This document shows positions 42,874-55,350 of a stretch of DNA of 64,000 bases, piece after piece (the stretch's first letter is position 1; each line of letters starts with the position of its first letter). The stretch comes from Squalus acanthias (lineage: Eukaryota), in assembly GCA_030390025.1 (NCBI GenBank), contig CM059438.1:27962001-28026000 (forward strand). Reading direction: 5' to 3'. The notes under the pieces are model-generated. The model had not been told where the DNA came from. It saw nothing but the letters and a program-made list of their open reading frames with translations, and searched no databases. A program made the position numbers and the translations under genes.

Positions 42874-43711
42874 TTTATTAACTGGCACAATATAGACGGT
42901 AGTTAATGGCCAACAGGCAGCCATTTTAATCGCGTACAAATATAAAATAATTAAAACCAATGCTGTAAAATGCACAAGTGAACATCAGGTGAGAACCAGA
43001 TTGGACTTGGCTTCAATGCTCACATGACCAAGTAGCCAACTGGTGCTAGCGCTATCTATGCTCCGACATGAAGAATGGCAACTTGAGCAATGTACTGGAG
43101 TGCTAGCGGTGCCTGTTGAACAGTTTCCCAGCAATGAGTCAATACATTCAGGAAACGAAGGAAAAAAATGGAGAGAAAACTTGGTGGGTGGGGGAGTAAT
43201 AATACAATAACTGATATTAAATGATTCTGATTTTATAAGAATAGATACTCAAGATAGAAAGGTAAATGGATTTTTTGCAAGGAGGGTTAGGATTTCAATT
43301 TTAGCCTCCAATATTATTATCAGGCACTCTCAGAGCAGGCATATTAAAGGTTAGATTCAAGAGGTAAAACTCTTTGTACGCTGTTCAAACAATGAGCCTT
43401 AACCACAATCAGAATTGCACCTATATCGCAGGAATCTGATATTTTTATTTCCCCGGTGAATAGTCCTTGTAGCCTTTCTGAGTGAGACCAAGGATTTTTG
43501 CCATGGATTTATGACTATTAGTAACTGTGCCTAAGACAGATATGTAAAGGCAAATAGGATTGAGTTGCCTGAGCTTCGAGAGTCAGAATCCCAGAGCTCA
43601 GCAGTTGCCTATGGGCCACAGATCACAGTTTGGACATCCTGACTTAAGAGATAATTGAGAAGAAATAATACTTAACGAATTTGGCATTATATGACACTTT
43701 TTTTAACCATG

Positions 43712-44190
43712 CATCAACTGTGGCTCAGTGATAGCACTCTCACCTCTGAGTCAGAAGGGTGTCAGTTCATGTTCCACTCCACGGACTTGATCACAAAATC
43801 TAGGCTGTACTAAGAGAGTGCTGACCTGTCGGAGGTGCCATTTTTCAGATGAGACGTTAAACCAAGACCCCGACTGCACTCTCAGGTGGACGTAAAAGAT
43901 CCCAAAGCAGTATTTCGAAGAAGAGCAGGGGAGCTCTCCCTGGTCTCCTGGCCAATATTTATCCCTCAACCAACATCACTAAAACAGATGATCTTGTCAT
44001 TATCACATTGCTGTTTGTGGGAACGTTGCTGTGTGCAAATTGGCTGTCGCTTTCACTACGTTAAAGGCGCTATATAAATGCAAGCTGTTGTATTACAACA
44101 GTGACTACACTTCAAAAGTACTTAATTGACAGTAAAGCACTTTGGGGCGCCCTGAGGTTGCGAAAGGTGCTAGATAAATGCAAGTCTTTC
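43712..44190 (+). mobile_element. Deu-SINE (SacSINE1/AmnSINE1-type core) with tRNA head and L2-type tail
   Basis: A box TGGCTCAGTG; core GGAGGTGCC...GATGAGACGTTAAACC...CTCAGGTGGACGTAAAAGATCCC...GGCCAATATTTATCCCTCAACC; tail ATAAATGCAAGT. Confidence 0.88.
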
Positions 44191-45289
44191 TGGTGTGATA
44201 TGACATTTTTTTCAACAATAGAACTGAATGGCAGAACATCTGAGTGATGTTTCCACAACATTGGTATGCAGGTCCAGTTCCTTAATTTTGAAAAAGCCAC
44301 ATTCCACCAACTCTACTCTATTCTGTTTATACTATGCTGGAGTGAACCGTTGTTGTATTACTCATCCACGGACTTCTCCAGCAGTCATGTTGCAGCAGCA
44401 GAGCTGAATACTTGAGTGTTCACATGAAACACCTGGCTGATGATTAGAATGAGGACTAGTTCCATTCCAACATTCTGATACAACCACACCATCTGAGATT
44501 CCAGTACAATTGCATATATTTGTTTTTCTGAGTAATTTCAGTGGGCTGTCATATTATTGTATGGGTTTGAAGCATATTTAAGATATTTCCTTAACGAAAT
44601 CCTTACAACTCTTTTAATACAGTACGTTTTATTCTTGGATTTTCTTAACTATAATGTATATTAACTGTTCATTTTCCAACTGTGGATTATGGCTTGATAA
44701 ATTTCAAGTGATACCATCACAATTTCCAAGTGTTGGGCATCATCATGTGATAAGTACAGTACAGAACAATGACTGTCCACATGTGCTATTAAACGCGCAT
44801 TGACAAAATAATGAAAGTACCCTCATGAGTTCCACGATACATTTTATTTCCAGAGAAAAGATATGTGGGAGTGATTTCAAACCAGTATTTCACTCTTCTC
44901 ATGTGTTTTATAACATAAACTGCACGACTGGATGAATTTCCTCATTCCCTGCAACTTGTTATTCTCTGTATATGGAGGACACATAACTCCCATTGGTGCT
45001 TTACAATATTTGTAAACATTGTGTTGTGATTGTATCATAGATCACTTTTGGAAACTGAGTGTACTATTTATACAGTGTGAGTTATTCAGCTTTTCGAATT
45101 TTCATCTAAGGTAGTATTAAAGAGTAAAATATAAAAGGTAAAGCAGGAATTAACTAGCGTGAAAGATGTACTTCCTTAAGGAGTAAATGATGAGATTTTA
45201 ACAATGCCATTTTGTGTAATACTGCCATGAAACGTGGATGACTAGAACAAGGAGAGTGAATGTATGGACGCGTTTTGTGTACTGGTGTA

Positions 45290-46540
45290 AGTCAGTTTTA
45301 AATGGCTAAGAACTGGTGAAAATCTCGCCAGAATAATGCTGTGCTAATATCACTCAATTATCATGGGCCATCCTATTTGCATAATTATTAAGAGCTCCAG
45401 GTATGAATTTGGGCATGTGCAGGGAAGCACACTAATGATGGGTGCAGAAAATTACATGTAGATGAAATTTAAAGTGATTGGGACAGTTGAACAGAAGCAC
45501 CACAATGGGGAAAACAACAATTCAAAAGGCCCACAGGTTATCTCAATCCATCAAGAGACTTTACCAAGGTTGAAAGGGGGCGGAGGGCTAAGAAGTGACA
45601 GGCAAAAATGGAAAAGAAATCTAACGTGCAGGCATGAGTCTGCTGGCAACTGAAAGAGCAGCCCAGCACCTGGCCCCTGTTTGATGGCTGCTGAAGTGGA
45701 GGTGGTGCTGCATGAGCTGGTTATACAGAAGGTGATCGTATTCACCAATGCATGGTGTCATCACTACAGGTCAGAATTGGAAGGAGGTGGAGGACTGCAG
45801 CTGACAGTTACTGTTGCTGGCTGTGTTAGCTGCAGGGGTTGTCACAGCAGATAGCAATGCTCTGCATCTGACTGTCTACTGACCAAAACTTACTTGAGGA
45901 TAATGTGGATTGTCAGGTAGGTGCAACAATGTCTGCATCTTGCTGGGTGCAGCCAATCAGACTATGCTGGTGGTTAATCACCCGGGCAGGTCTTCTGAAA
46001 GCACGATTGTGATTGTGGTGCTTCCGACAAATCATCCAACATTATGGCTAGTCGGGCCTTCACATATGATATTTGTGCCACCTGGCCTGCTGCCACAACC
46101 CACCTTGAGAGCTGGAACCTCTGCATGCACTAATCCTTTGCCAAAACAGAGTATGTCACCTCTCTCTGAAGATGGTGATACGGAGGTGACCACAGAATCT
46201 GGTACAGCTGGACCTGTCTGGTTACCCTCTAATGGTCTTCCATCTCCAAAAACCATAGGTTTTCTCAGTGGGAAATGGAGCTGTAGAGGGGAGAAAAAAA
46301 ACCAAGAGATCAATTGGCACAGAAGCTTGGGAAAGCCTAAGTGGCAACAGAAAAAAACGATCCTTAAAACAGCTGGCTGATTCTTCGTACTATGCTCTAT
46401 AAATGAAGTTCCGCCTACAGCTGACCCCCAGCAACCTGACTGCCATGATATGTGGGTATGATTGCACCTGGCATCCTGCGAATCCAAACATTGGAAAATA
46501 GCATGCAGGACAAAGTGCAACCAGCCCTTATTTTTATATT
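45290..46540. mobile_element. Highly degraded Harbinger-like element
   Basis: 45675-45720 resembles 47737-47780 (Myb-like start), and ~45945-45970 resembles the transposase-like remnant at ~54985. Boundaries are uncertain. Confidence 0.4.
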
Positions 46541-46699
46541 TTAATAAAACACCCAGAAGCTTCCTTTTCCTGTTTTAGATGCCACCAGAGGTGAGCAAAT
46601 AACAGGTTTTCACCCCTTTCTCTGGTCTATTACATCCCTTGTAAGACAGTTTATGAGGGATAATGGATACAAAATCTAGAAATCAGAGCAATGTAGGAG

Positions 46700-47205
46700 G
46701 AAAGAACTTCCACTTATATAATGCTTTTCACATCTTCAAGACACACCAAAGCACTTCACGGCCAATGAATTACATTTTAAAGTGTAGTCACTCTTGTTTT
46801 GCAGGCAAGTGTGGCAGCCATTTTTGCACACAGCCAAGTCACCATGACCAGTTGATATGTTTTGGTGATGCTGGTTGAGGGATGAATGTTGGCCAGGATA
46901 CCTCCAGGAGAACTCCCTGCACTTCTTCGAAAAAGTGCGAGGGTTCTTTTACATCTAGTGCTTTTCGTGGTGCTACATGAAAGAAGGCATGTCAGGGTGT
47001 TCAACAACTACCGTGGCTGGATTGGCTGCACCATCCTCAGTCTTAACTCTCAGCAGATAATATGGCACCTCTAACAGGACACCTCACCCTCGGAGTTGCA
47101 GTGAGGCATCAGTCTAGATTACTGCTCAAGTCATGGGGTGGAGCTTGAGCGCACAATCTTCTGATTCAGAGGTAAGAATGCTACCACTGAACCAAGCTGA
47201 CACCT
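46700..47205 (-). mobile_element. Deu-SINE (diverged; its head part is re-duplicated at 49003-49335)
   Basis: Reverse-complement similarity to 43712-44190 (GTTGAGGGATGAATGTTGGCCAGG...AACTCCCTGCACTTCTTCGAAAA; head CTACCACTGAACCA). Confidence 0.8.
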
Positions 47206-50200
47206 AGTGGCCTTGCTGCAGAAAAGAAGCTGATCCATTCACGTTACTCTGTGTTATTTCATGTAAGAGCAGTGGCGAATGGGTGTCAGGTGTGTGACAC
47301 AACACTATTGTTTCTTAAGTATAGAGTTCAATTATGGAATCCTGGCTGCACAGCGCCATGATCGCTGTACTCTGAGCACCATTTGTGCCTGCAGGGCAAA
47401 TAGCTGGTCTCAAAGTATAATGCAAGGTCAGCTAATTTAAATGGGGGCACATGATGGAGCAAGCAGCATTACAGGACACAACCCAGCAGCCAAAATTAAA
47501 AGGATGTAGCGATTTAAAGTTAAAATAGCTTCATGAAGGAAATTTTGAATTAAAAAAAAAGTCTTTTAATATCTTTTTATATGCATCAGTCTATTCAAAG
47601 GCTGCATGGGGGCAGTGGGGGCAGGGGGAAAAGAAGTGCGAGGAGGGCCAAAAAAAGAGAGATGCCAAAAGCAACCCAATATCAAGGCATAAATGATGTC
47701 TGTGGGTAAGTGGTGGTCTGGTATGGATCCTGATTGCCTGTTTGATGGCTGGTGAAGTGGGCGTGCTACTGCATGAGTTAAGTGCATCCTCCCTGCAAGG
47801 TAGCAATACACTACACTTGGCAGATGGTGGGAGGCAGGCTGAATGTTGTCTATAGTATCTGCAGGACCCAGCAACTGATGTAGGAGGTGGCATACTATAA
47901 GGAACCTGGCAAGGTAAGCTTACCTAATAGTACCATGTACAAGATTAACAGTACAAGTACAAGTACAAGTCGCCTTTCCACTTGGCACACATGTAGTGCT
48001 TTCCCATGCCAGGCCCTCATACAATCTTACAGCTGTTTCATTGCATCTCATGCTTACCCACATAGATATTTGCGCTGCAAGTTATAACAACAATAAGAAG
48101 TTATAGTTATATAGCACCTTTAACATAGCAAAATGTCACAAGGTGTTTAGAAGCATAATCAGACAAAAATGGACAGTGAGCCGAGCCAAAGGCGATATTA
48201 GGAGGGGTGGTCAAAAGTTGGTCAAAGAGGTGGGTTTTAAGGCGGGTCTTAAAGCAGGAAAGGTAGGTGGCGAGGTTTAGGGAGGGAATTTCAGTGCATT
48301 GGGCCTACATGGCTGAAGGCGAAGGGGGGATGCACAACCGCCAAGAGGAACACAAAGTCATTGGGGGTGAGGGGAGGGCGGGGGGCAGGGTGGCGAGGGT
48401 TAATGGGCTGGAGAAGGTTACAGAGATAGCGAGGGGAAAAGCCATTAAGGGATTTAAATACAAGTAAGAGAATTTTAAATTGAAGGCATTGAGAGACTGG
48501 GGGCCAATGTAGGTCAGCAAGGACAGGAGTGATAGGTGAGAAGCACTTGGTGTGGAATAGGATTTTTGGATGAGCTGATGTTTGTGGAGAGTGGAGGATG
48601 GGAGACATTGGAATAGTCCAGTCTGGAGGTAACAAAGACATATATGACGGTTTCAGCAGCAGATGAGCAGAGGCAGGGGCTGAAGAAGATGAAGCAGAGG
48701 TCAAAGTAGGTGGTCTTTGTAATGGAGAGGATATGGGGTCAGAAGCTCATCTCGGGGTTGGATAGGACACCAAGGTCACAAATAGTCTGGTTCAACTTCA
48801 GACAGTGGTCGGGGAGAGAGATAGAAATGATGGCAAGGGTACAGAGCTTATGACAGAAGCCAAAGACAATAGTTTCGAGCGGTCGAGACAAATGGTGGAG
48901 AGGTAGAGCTGGCTGTCGCCAGCATACATGTGGAAGCTGGCCCCGTGCCTTCAGATGATGTCGCTAAGGGGCAGCATGTAGATGGAGGAAGAGAAGGATC
49001 CTTGGTTGAGGGATGAATGTTGGCCAGGATACCTCCAGGAGAACTCCCTGCACTTCTTCGAAAAAGTGCGAGGGTTCTTTTACATCTAGTGCTTTTCGTG
49101 GTGCTACATGAAAGAAGGCATGTCAGGGTGTTCAACAACTACCGTGGCTGGATTGGCTGCACCATCCTCAGTCTTAACTCTCAGCAGATAATATGGCACC
49201 TCTAACAGGACACCTCACCCTCGGAGTTGCAGTGAGGCATCAGTCTAGATTACTGCTCAAGTCATGGGGTGGAGCTTGAGCGCACAATCTTCTGATTCAG
49301 AGGTAAGAATGCTACCACTGAACCAAGCTGACACCTAGTGGCCTTGCTGCAGAAAAGAAGCTGATCCATTCACGTTACTCTGTGTTATTTCATGTAAGAG
49401 CAGTGGCGAATGGGTGTCAGGTGTGTGACACAACACTATTGTTTCTTAAGTATAGAGTTCAATTATGGAATCCTGGCTGCACAGCGCCATGATCGCTGTA
49501 CTCTGAGCACCATTTGTGCCTGCAGGGCAAATAGCTGGTCTCAAAGTATAATGCAAGGTCAGCTAATTTAAATGGGGGCACATGATGGAGCAAGCAGCAT
49601 TACAGGACACAACCCAGCAGCCAAAATTAAAAGGATGTAGCGATTTAAAGTTAAAATAGCTTCATGAAGGAAATTTTGAATTAAAAAAAAAGTCTTTTAA
49701 TATCTTTTTATATGCATCAGTCTATTCAAAGGCTGCATGGGGCAGTGGGGGCAGGGGGAAAAGAAGTGCGAGGAGGGCCAAAAAAAGAGATGCCAAAAGC
49801 AACCCAATATCAAGGCATAAATGATGTCTGTGGGTAAGTGGTGGTCTGGTATGGATCCTGATTGCCTGTTTGATGGCTGGTGAAGTGGGCGTGCTACTGC
49901 ATGAGTTAAGTGCATCCTCCCTGCAAGGTAGCAATACACTACACTTGGCAGATGGTGGGAGGCAGGCTGAATGTTGTCTATAGTATCTGCAGGACCCAGC
50001 AACTGATGTAGGAGGTGGCATACTATAAGGAACCTGGCAAGGTAAGCTTACCTAATAGTACCATGTACAAGATTAACAGTACAAGTACAAGTACAAGTCG
50101 CCTTTCCACTTGGCACACATGTAGTGCTTTCCCATGCCAGGCCCTCATACAATCTTACAGCTGTTTCATTGCATCTCATGCTTACCCACATAGATATTTG

Positions 50201-51136
50201 CGCTGCAAGTTATAACAACAATAAGAAGTTATAGTTATATAGCACCTTTAACATAGCAAAATGTCACAAGGTGTTTAGAAGCATAATCAGACAAAAATGG
50301 ACAGTGAGCCGAGCCAAAGGCGATATTAGGAGGGGTGGTCAAAAGTTGGTCAAAGAGGTGGGTTTTAAGGCGGGTCTTAAAGCAGGAAAGGTAGGTGGCG
50401 AGGTTTAGGGAGGGAATTTCAGTGCATTGGGCCTACATGGCTGAAGGCGAAGGGGGGATGCACAACCGCCAAGAGGAACACAAAGTCATTGGGGGTGAGG
50501 GGGAGGGCGGGGGGCAGGGTGGCGAGGGTTAATGGGCTGGAGAAGGTTACAGAGATAGCGAGGGGAAAAGCCATTAAGGGATTTAAATACAAGTAAGAGA
50601 ATTTTAAATTGAAGGCATTGAGAGACTGGGGGCCAATGTAGGTCAGCAAGGACAGGAGTGATAGGTGAGAAGCACTTGGTGTGGAATAGGATTTTTGGAT
50701 GAGCTGATGTTTGTGGAGAGTGGAGGATGGGAGACATTGGAATAGTCCAGTCTGGAGGTAACAAAGACATATATGACGGTTTCAGCAGCAGATGAGCAGA
50801 GGCAGGGGCTGAAGAAGATGAAGCAGAGGTCAAAGTAGGTGGTCTTTGTAATGGAGAGGATATGGGGTCAGAAGCTCATCTCGGGGTTGGATAGGACACC
50901 AAGGTCACAAATAGTCTGGTTCAACTTCAGACAGTGGTCGGGGAGAGAGATAGAAATGATGGCAAGGGTACAGAGCTTATGACAGAAGCCAAAGACAATA
51001 GTTTCGAGCGGTCGAGACAAATGGTGGAGAGGTAGAGCTGGCTGTCGCCAGCATACATGTGGAAGCTGGCCCCGTGCCTTCAGATGATGTCGCTAAGGGG
51101 CAGCATGTAGATGGAGGAAGAGAAGGATCCTTGGTT
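46872..51136. repeat. Near-identical direct tandem duplication, unit ~2.13 kb (46872-49002 and 49003-51131)
   Basis: The ORF track shows identical translations at an offset of ~2130 (46886/49017, 47887/50015). TGGTT occurs at 46872, 49003 and 51132. Confidence 0.97.
48085..49002 (-). mobile_element. L2 LINE 3' fragment (first duplicate copy)
   Basis: Minus translation SPITPVLADLHWPPVSQCLQFKILLLVFKSLNG..P.YL is the L2 ORF2 C-terminus; tail CTATATAA/(TTG)n. Confidence 0.88.
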
Positions 51137-51440
51137 AGATCCTTGGAGGACTTTGGAGGTGGAGGTGCGGGGATTAGAAGAGAAGCCATTGCTGGAGATG
51201 CTCTGGTTACAATTAGATAGGGAGGAGTGGAATAAAGCAAAGGCAGTCCTACTGAGCTGGGCAACAGAGGAGAGATGTTGTAGGAGGATGGTGTGAACAA
51301 CTGTGTCATAGACTACAGAAAGGTCAAGGAGGATGGGGGGGAATCGTGCACCATGGACACAATCACAGAGGATATTTGATTATTGCCATTTCAGTGCTGG
51401 CGCAGGAGTGAAAACCTGATTGGAGCGATTCAAACATGAA
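50213..51440 (-). mobile_element. L2 LINE fragment (second copy, extends further 5')
   Basis: Same L2 motifs, continuing past the duplication end toward the RT domain. Confidence 0.88.
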
Positions 51441-51479
51441 GTTACAATGGAAAACCTTGCTACACTCACATCTTTCAAA

Positions 51480-51950
51480 GGATTCACACGTTAAACCATT
51501 ATAACACAAATACAGTCACTTACTGACACGGAGGACTGGCTTCTGGTTGGGCATGGGGCAGACATCATTGACCTCTTGAACTCTGAGAAATGCAGCAGTG
51601 GTATTGCTGCACTGACACAGAGATATTGGCCTGTGTCATGCTATTCAGTGGGAAAGGAGATGGAAGTACAGGCCATGCTGACCAATGATCTGTGAGCAGC
51701 AGATTAGCTGATATTGCACTGCTACCCAGAAATAAGCCACAGGCATAACATTTGAGGGAAAGGTATCCATATTTTGTAATTTGCCTGCAGGTGCGTTGGC
51801 TGCAGATGATAAAGCTCTACAATTGGCAACCCTCTGACCCACAGGAAGTATCAACAGTTGGCCTCAGCCATTGACAGGTAAACATGTCAAGGTCTGCACA
51901 TATGGTCTGCGGTCTGTTGATCTCTGGCATCCTTCTTTCATCTTGTGTCA
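51480..51950 (-). mobile_element. Degraded Harbinger (HARBI1-like) transposase N-terminal remnant
   Basis: Minus frame LKCYACGLFLG.. followed by an ISQSAAH-like segment resembles the HARBI1-type LNFYA.G.FQ...ISQS motif; weak. Confidence 0.45.
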
Positions 51951-53304
51951 CCTAACCCATGAAGTACTTTATTTGAGACACTTTAAAAACAAACTTACAT
52001 TAGTTTAAAAAAAAATACCCTCCAAAAATTTCTGAAATAAATATGAAAAATTGAAGTATCAAAAATACAGTGCAAGATTCTGTAATAGCAGCAATATTGT
52101 AATAACATATACCGAAAACAATACAAAACTTTTACCACTTGAAGAATTCTCATGCCCATGGAACTTCCATTGCTCCTATTCCAAATGGACACAGAAGGAA
52201 AAAAACATGGAGCCAGCACGAATACTGCATTATGGTGCTATGTGCTCTTTTTGAGTATTTTTGCATGAAAATATTATATTGGAGCACAGGAGTGCTTTAT
52301 CAGCCACATTGTGCTCATAGCAGTGTTACACCATCAGTGGTCGCAGTTTCATGGCATAAATAGTTTAATCAGGGAGCAGTAAAATGGATTTTTTTAATAA
52401 GTATAATGACTGGCATGCAATTGTACTACAAGGCTGTGACAAGTATGAAACTGGATTGCAAGCTCATCATATAAGTTACAAATGCACCAGTTACAGTTTT
52501 TATCATTTCTGTTTCATCTAATCAATTGGATCATTATTTAGCTTCTCATTAGGCAATCACAGATCTCTTTTATTGTGACATGACTATCACCGATGACCTT
52601 TATTTGAACTCGTAAATAATCACTTCGGAAAGGGGGTAATCATTGGTAGTAACTAAGTGGTTATTAACAGCAGTTACAGATGGAATTATTTTAGTAATCA
52701 TCCCATGCAAAGGTAATGTGTTTGTGACTGAAAGGTACTAACTGCTGTTTGTAACAGTTATCTAAATGAGTATTTTTAACTATTGTAAATTGGGCATAAA
52801 GCACATTGCTCTATTTTCAGATACATTCCTAAAGAAGATGAAAAATGTGAAAATATTTTAACATTCAAAATGTGTTAATGTAACAACCTTTTCTAAAAAA
52901 ATGTCTATCATAGAAAGCAAGAAGGAGGCTATCTTGTTTATATTGTGTTGACTTATTGAAACTTGACAAGTTGTTAAAGGAAGGAGGACTGTACATGAGA
53001 CTTTGATAATTACATATCGACAAGTAAGGATGTAAAAGCCCTGATTTTCCTCTTTTGGAGTAGTTACTGTCAGAATGACTATTGGTGGGCATCATATTAC
53101 AGGATTTTTTGATCTATTTTTCCACAGAAAGTCACTTTTAAACTTTGGGTTTTTAAAGCAAAGTGTATCAATACAAGTTAAAAAACAGAGATAATAAAAA
53201 AAGAAAAAAATTGCATTTATATTGCGCCGTTCATAACCTCAGGATGTCCGAAAGCGCTTCACAACCAATTAACTACTTCTGAAGCGCAGTCAGTGTTATA
53301 ATGT

Positions 53305-53650
53305 ACCTCCCTATCTCTATAACTTCCTCCAGCCCTACAACCCTCTAAAATCACTGCGTTCCTTCAATTTTGGCCTCTTGCACATCCCCGATTTCCTTTG
53401 CTCTACCATTGGCAGCCGTGTCATTAGCTGTGTCGGCCCTAACCTCTGAAATTCCCTCCCTAAACCTCTCCCCCTCTCTTCCCTCCTTTAAGACGCCCCT
53501 TAAAACCTACCTCTTTGACCAAGCTTTTGGTCACCTGCCCTAATATCTCCTTATGTGGTTCGGTATCAAAATTTTATTTGATAACACTCCTGTGAAGTGC
53601 CACGGGACATTTAAGACGCTGTATAAATGCAAGTTGTTGTTGTCATTGTT
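53305..53650 (+). mobile_element. L2 LINE 3' end nested in the SINE
   Basis: CCTCCCTATCTC...CTCCAGCCCTACAACCC...TATAAATGCAAGTTGTTGTTG; reverse-complement similar to 61616-62010. Confidence 0.85.
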
Positions 53651-53890
53651 GTAGGGAAATGTGGCAGCCAATTGGTCCCACAAACAGGAATGAGGCAAAT
53701 GACCAGATAATCTGTTTTAGTGATGATAGTTGAGGGTTAAATATTGGCCAGGACAATGGGAAAACTCCCCTGCTCTTCTTCAAAAAGTACCACGGGATCT
53801 TTTATGTCCACCTGAGAGGGCAGACAGGGCCTTGGTTTAAAGTCTCATCTGAAAGACAGCACCTCCGACAGTGCAGCACTCCCTCAGTAC

Positions 53891-54539
53891 ATAAGAACAT
53901 AAGAAATAGGAGCAGGAATAGGCCACTTGGCCCCTCGAGCCTGCTCCACCATTCAATAAGATCATGGCTGATCTTGGACTCAAAGCCACTTCCCTGCCCG
54001 CTCCCCATAACCCTTCACTCCCTTATCTTGCAAAAATCTATCTATCTCCACCTTAAATGTATTTAATGACCCAGCCTCCACAGCTCTCTATGGCAGAGAA
54101 TTCCACAGATTTATGACCCTCTGAGAGAAGAAATTCCTCCTCCTCTCAGTTCTAAAAGGGCGACCCTTTATTCTGAAACTATGCCCCCGAGTTCTAGATT
54201 TCCCCACGAGGGGAAACATCCTCTCAGCATCTACCTTGTCGAGCCCCCTCAGTATCTTATATGTTTCAATAAGATCACCTCTCATTCTTCTAAATTCCAA
54301 TGAGTATAGGCCCAACCTGCTCAACCTTTCCTCATAAGTCAACCCCCTCATCTCTGGAATTAACCTAGTGAATCGTCTCTGAACTGCCTCCAATGCAAGT
54401 ATATCCTTCCTTAAATAAGGAGACCAAAACTGTACGCAGTACTCAAGGTGTGGTCTCACCAATACCCTGTACAGTTGTAGCAGGACTTCCCTGCTCCAAC
54501 CCCCTTGAAATAAAGGCCAACATTCCATTTGCCTTTTTG
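53891..54539 (-). mobile_element. 5'-truncated CR1 LINE nested in the SINE
   Basis: ORF 54088-54564 LVRPHLEYCVQFWSPY...RGDLIETYKI...WNSLP; (TTCTTATG)n tail; TSD AGTAC at 53886-53890 and 54540-54544. Confidence 0.95.
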
Positions 54540-54859
54540 AGTACTGCACTGAAGTGCCAGCCATATTTTTTGTTCAAGTCTCTGGAATAGGCTCGTACTC
54601 ATGATCTTCTAACACAGAGGCAAGAGTGCTACCACTGAGCCATGGCTGACACCATGGGTGGTTAACATGCTAATGAGCTAACCTTTGATGTTATTTCCCC
54701 GTAGTCTGTAAATAATAATGCTGAATCAGATAATTACAATTAGAGTTCCCCTCTGTACTACTCCACAGTAAGATCTCCATAGGTCAGCATTGCAGAATTC
54801 TTACAAGAAGGTGAAGTTAAGTTTCAGACCACAATTAACCGTTACTGTCAGTGCATGTG

Positions 54860-55350
54860 TTAGCGCTGTGTCACATTAAAACTGTCATTGCAACAGATCG
54901 CATGGCATAGCATTGCTGTCTCTGTCGACTCAGGTACTGAGAAGGCAGTCCCCAATGGTTATTGCTGCGTAGGTGGCATCTTGGCGGGGGCAGCCAATCA
55001 GGAAACACTGACTGTGTTGGTTCCCCTGGCATGCCATCTTTTGTGTAGTAATACTGAAAGTATGACATACTGTGATTGGGGTGCATCTGAAGAAGTGTCC
55101 ACGTTATGATTAGTGTAGCATTCACATATCTTAGTGATGCCATTAGGGGTCTGTTGTCACAGAAGCCTGCACCAGCACTGATCATCTGTGCAGTAGTATT
55201 TTCACCACTGTTTGCAGATTGCAGATGTGGGTATTGGCAGGTAGGCACAAAGCATCTCTTGCACAACCTGATCTGCTTGGCATCCAGGCGTAGATCTACT
55301 TCTTCTTCCAAAAATATCAGATGGGGCCATGTCCACTGGGAAACCCATTG
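54860..55350 (-). mobile_element. Possible degraded Harbinger transposase remnant
   Basis: ORF 54871-55311 segment GFCDNRP...YVNA resembles the HARBI1 Q.VCD....V.A region; weak. Confidence 0.35.

Larger units (their letters stand above)
53210..54652 (-). mobile_element. Deu-SINE split by two later insertions (L2 3' end and CR1)
   Basis: Tail at 53210-53304, core at 53651-53890 and head at 54540-54652 are collinear with the reverse complement of 43712-44190. Confidence 0.85.

Noticed and set aside
46872-51136. Duplicated ORFs as a paralogous gene pair, or the repeat as LTRs
   Set aside because: The units abut directly with no internal region or TG...CA ends, and the content is TE debris.
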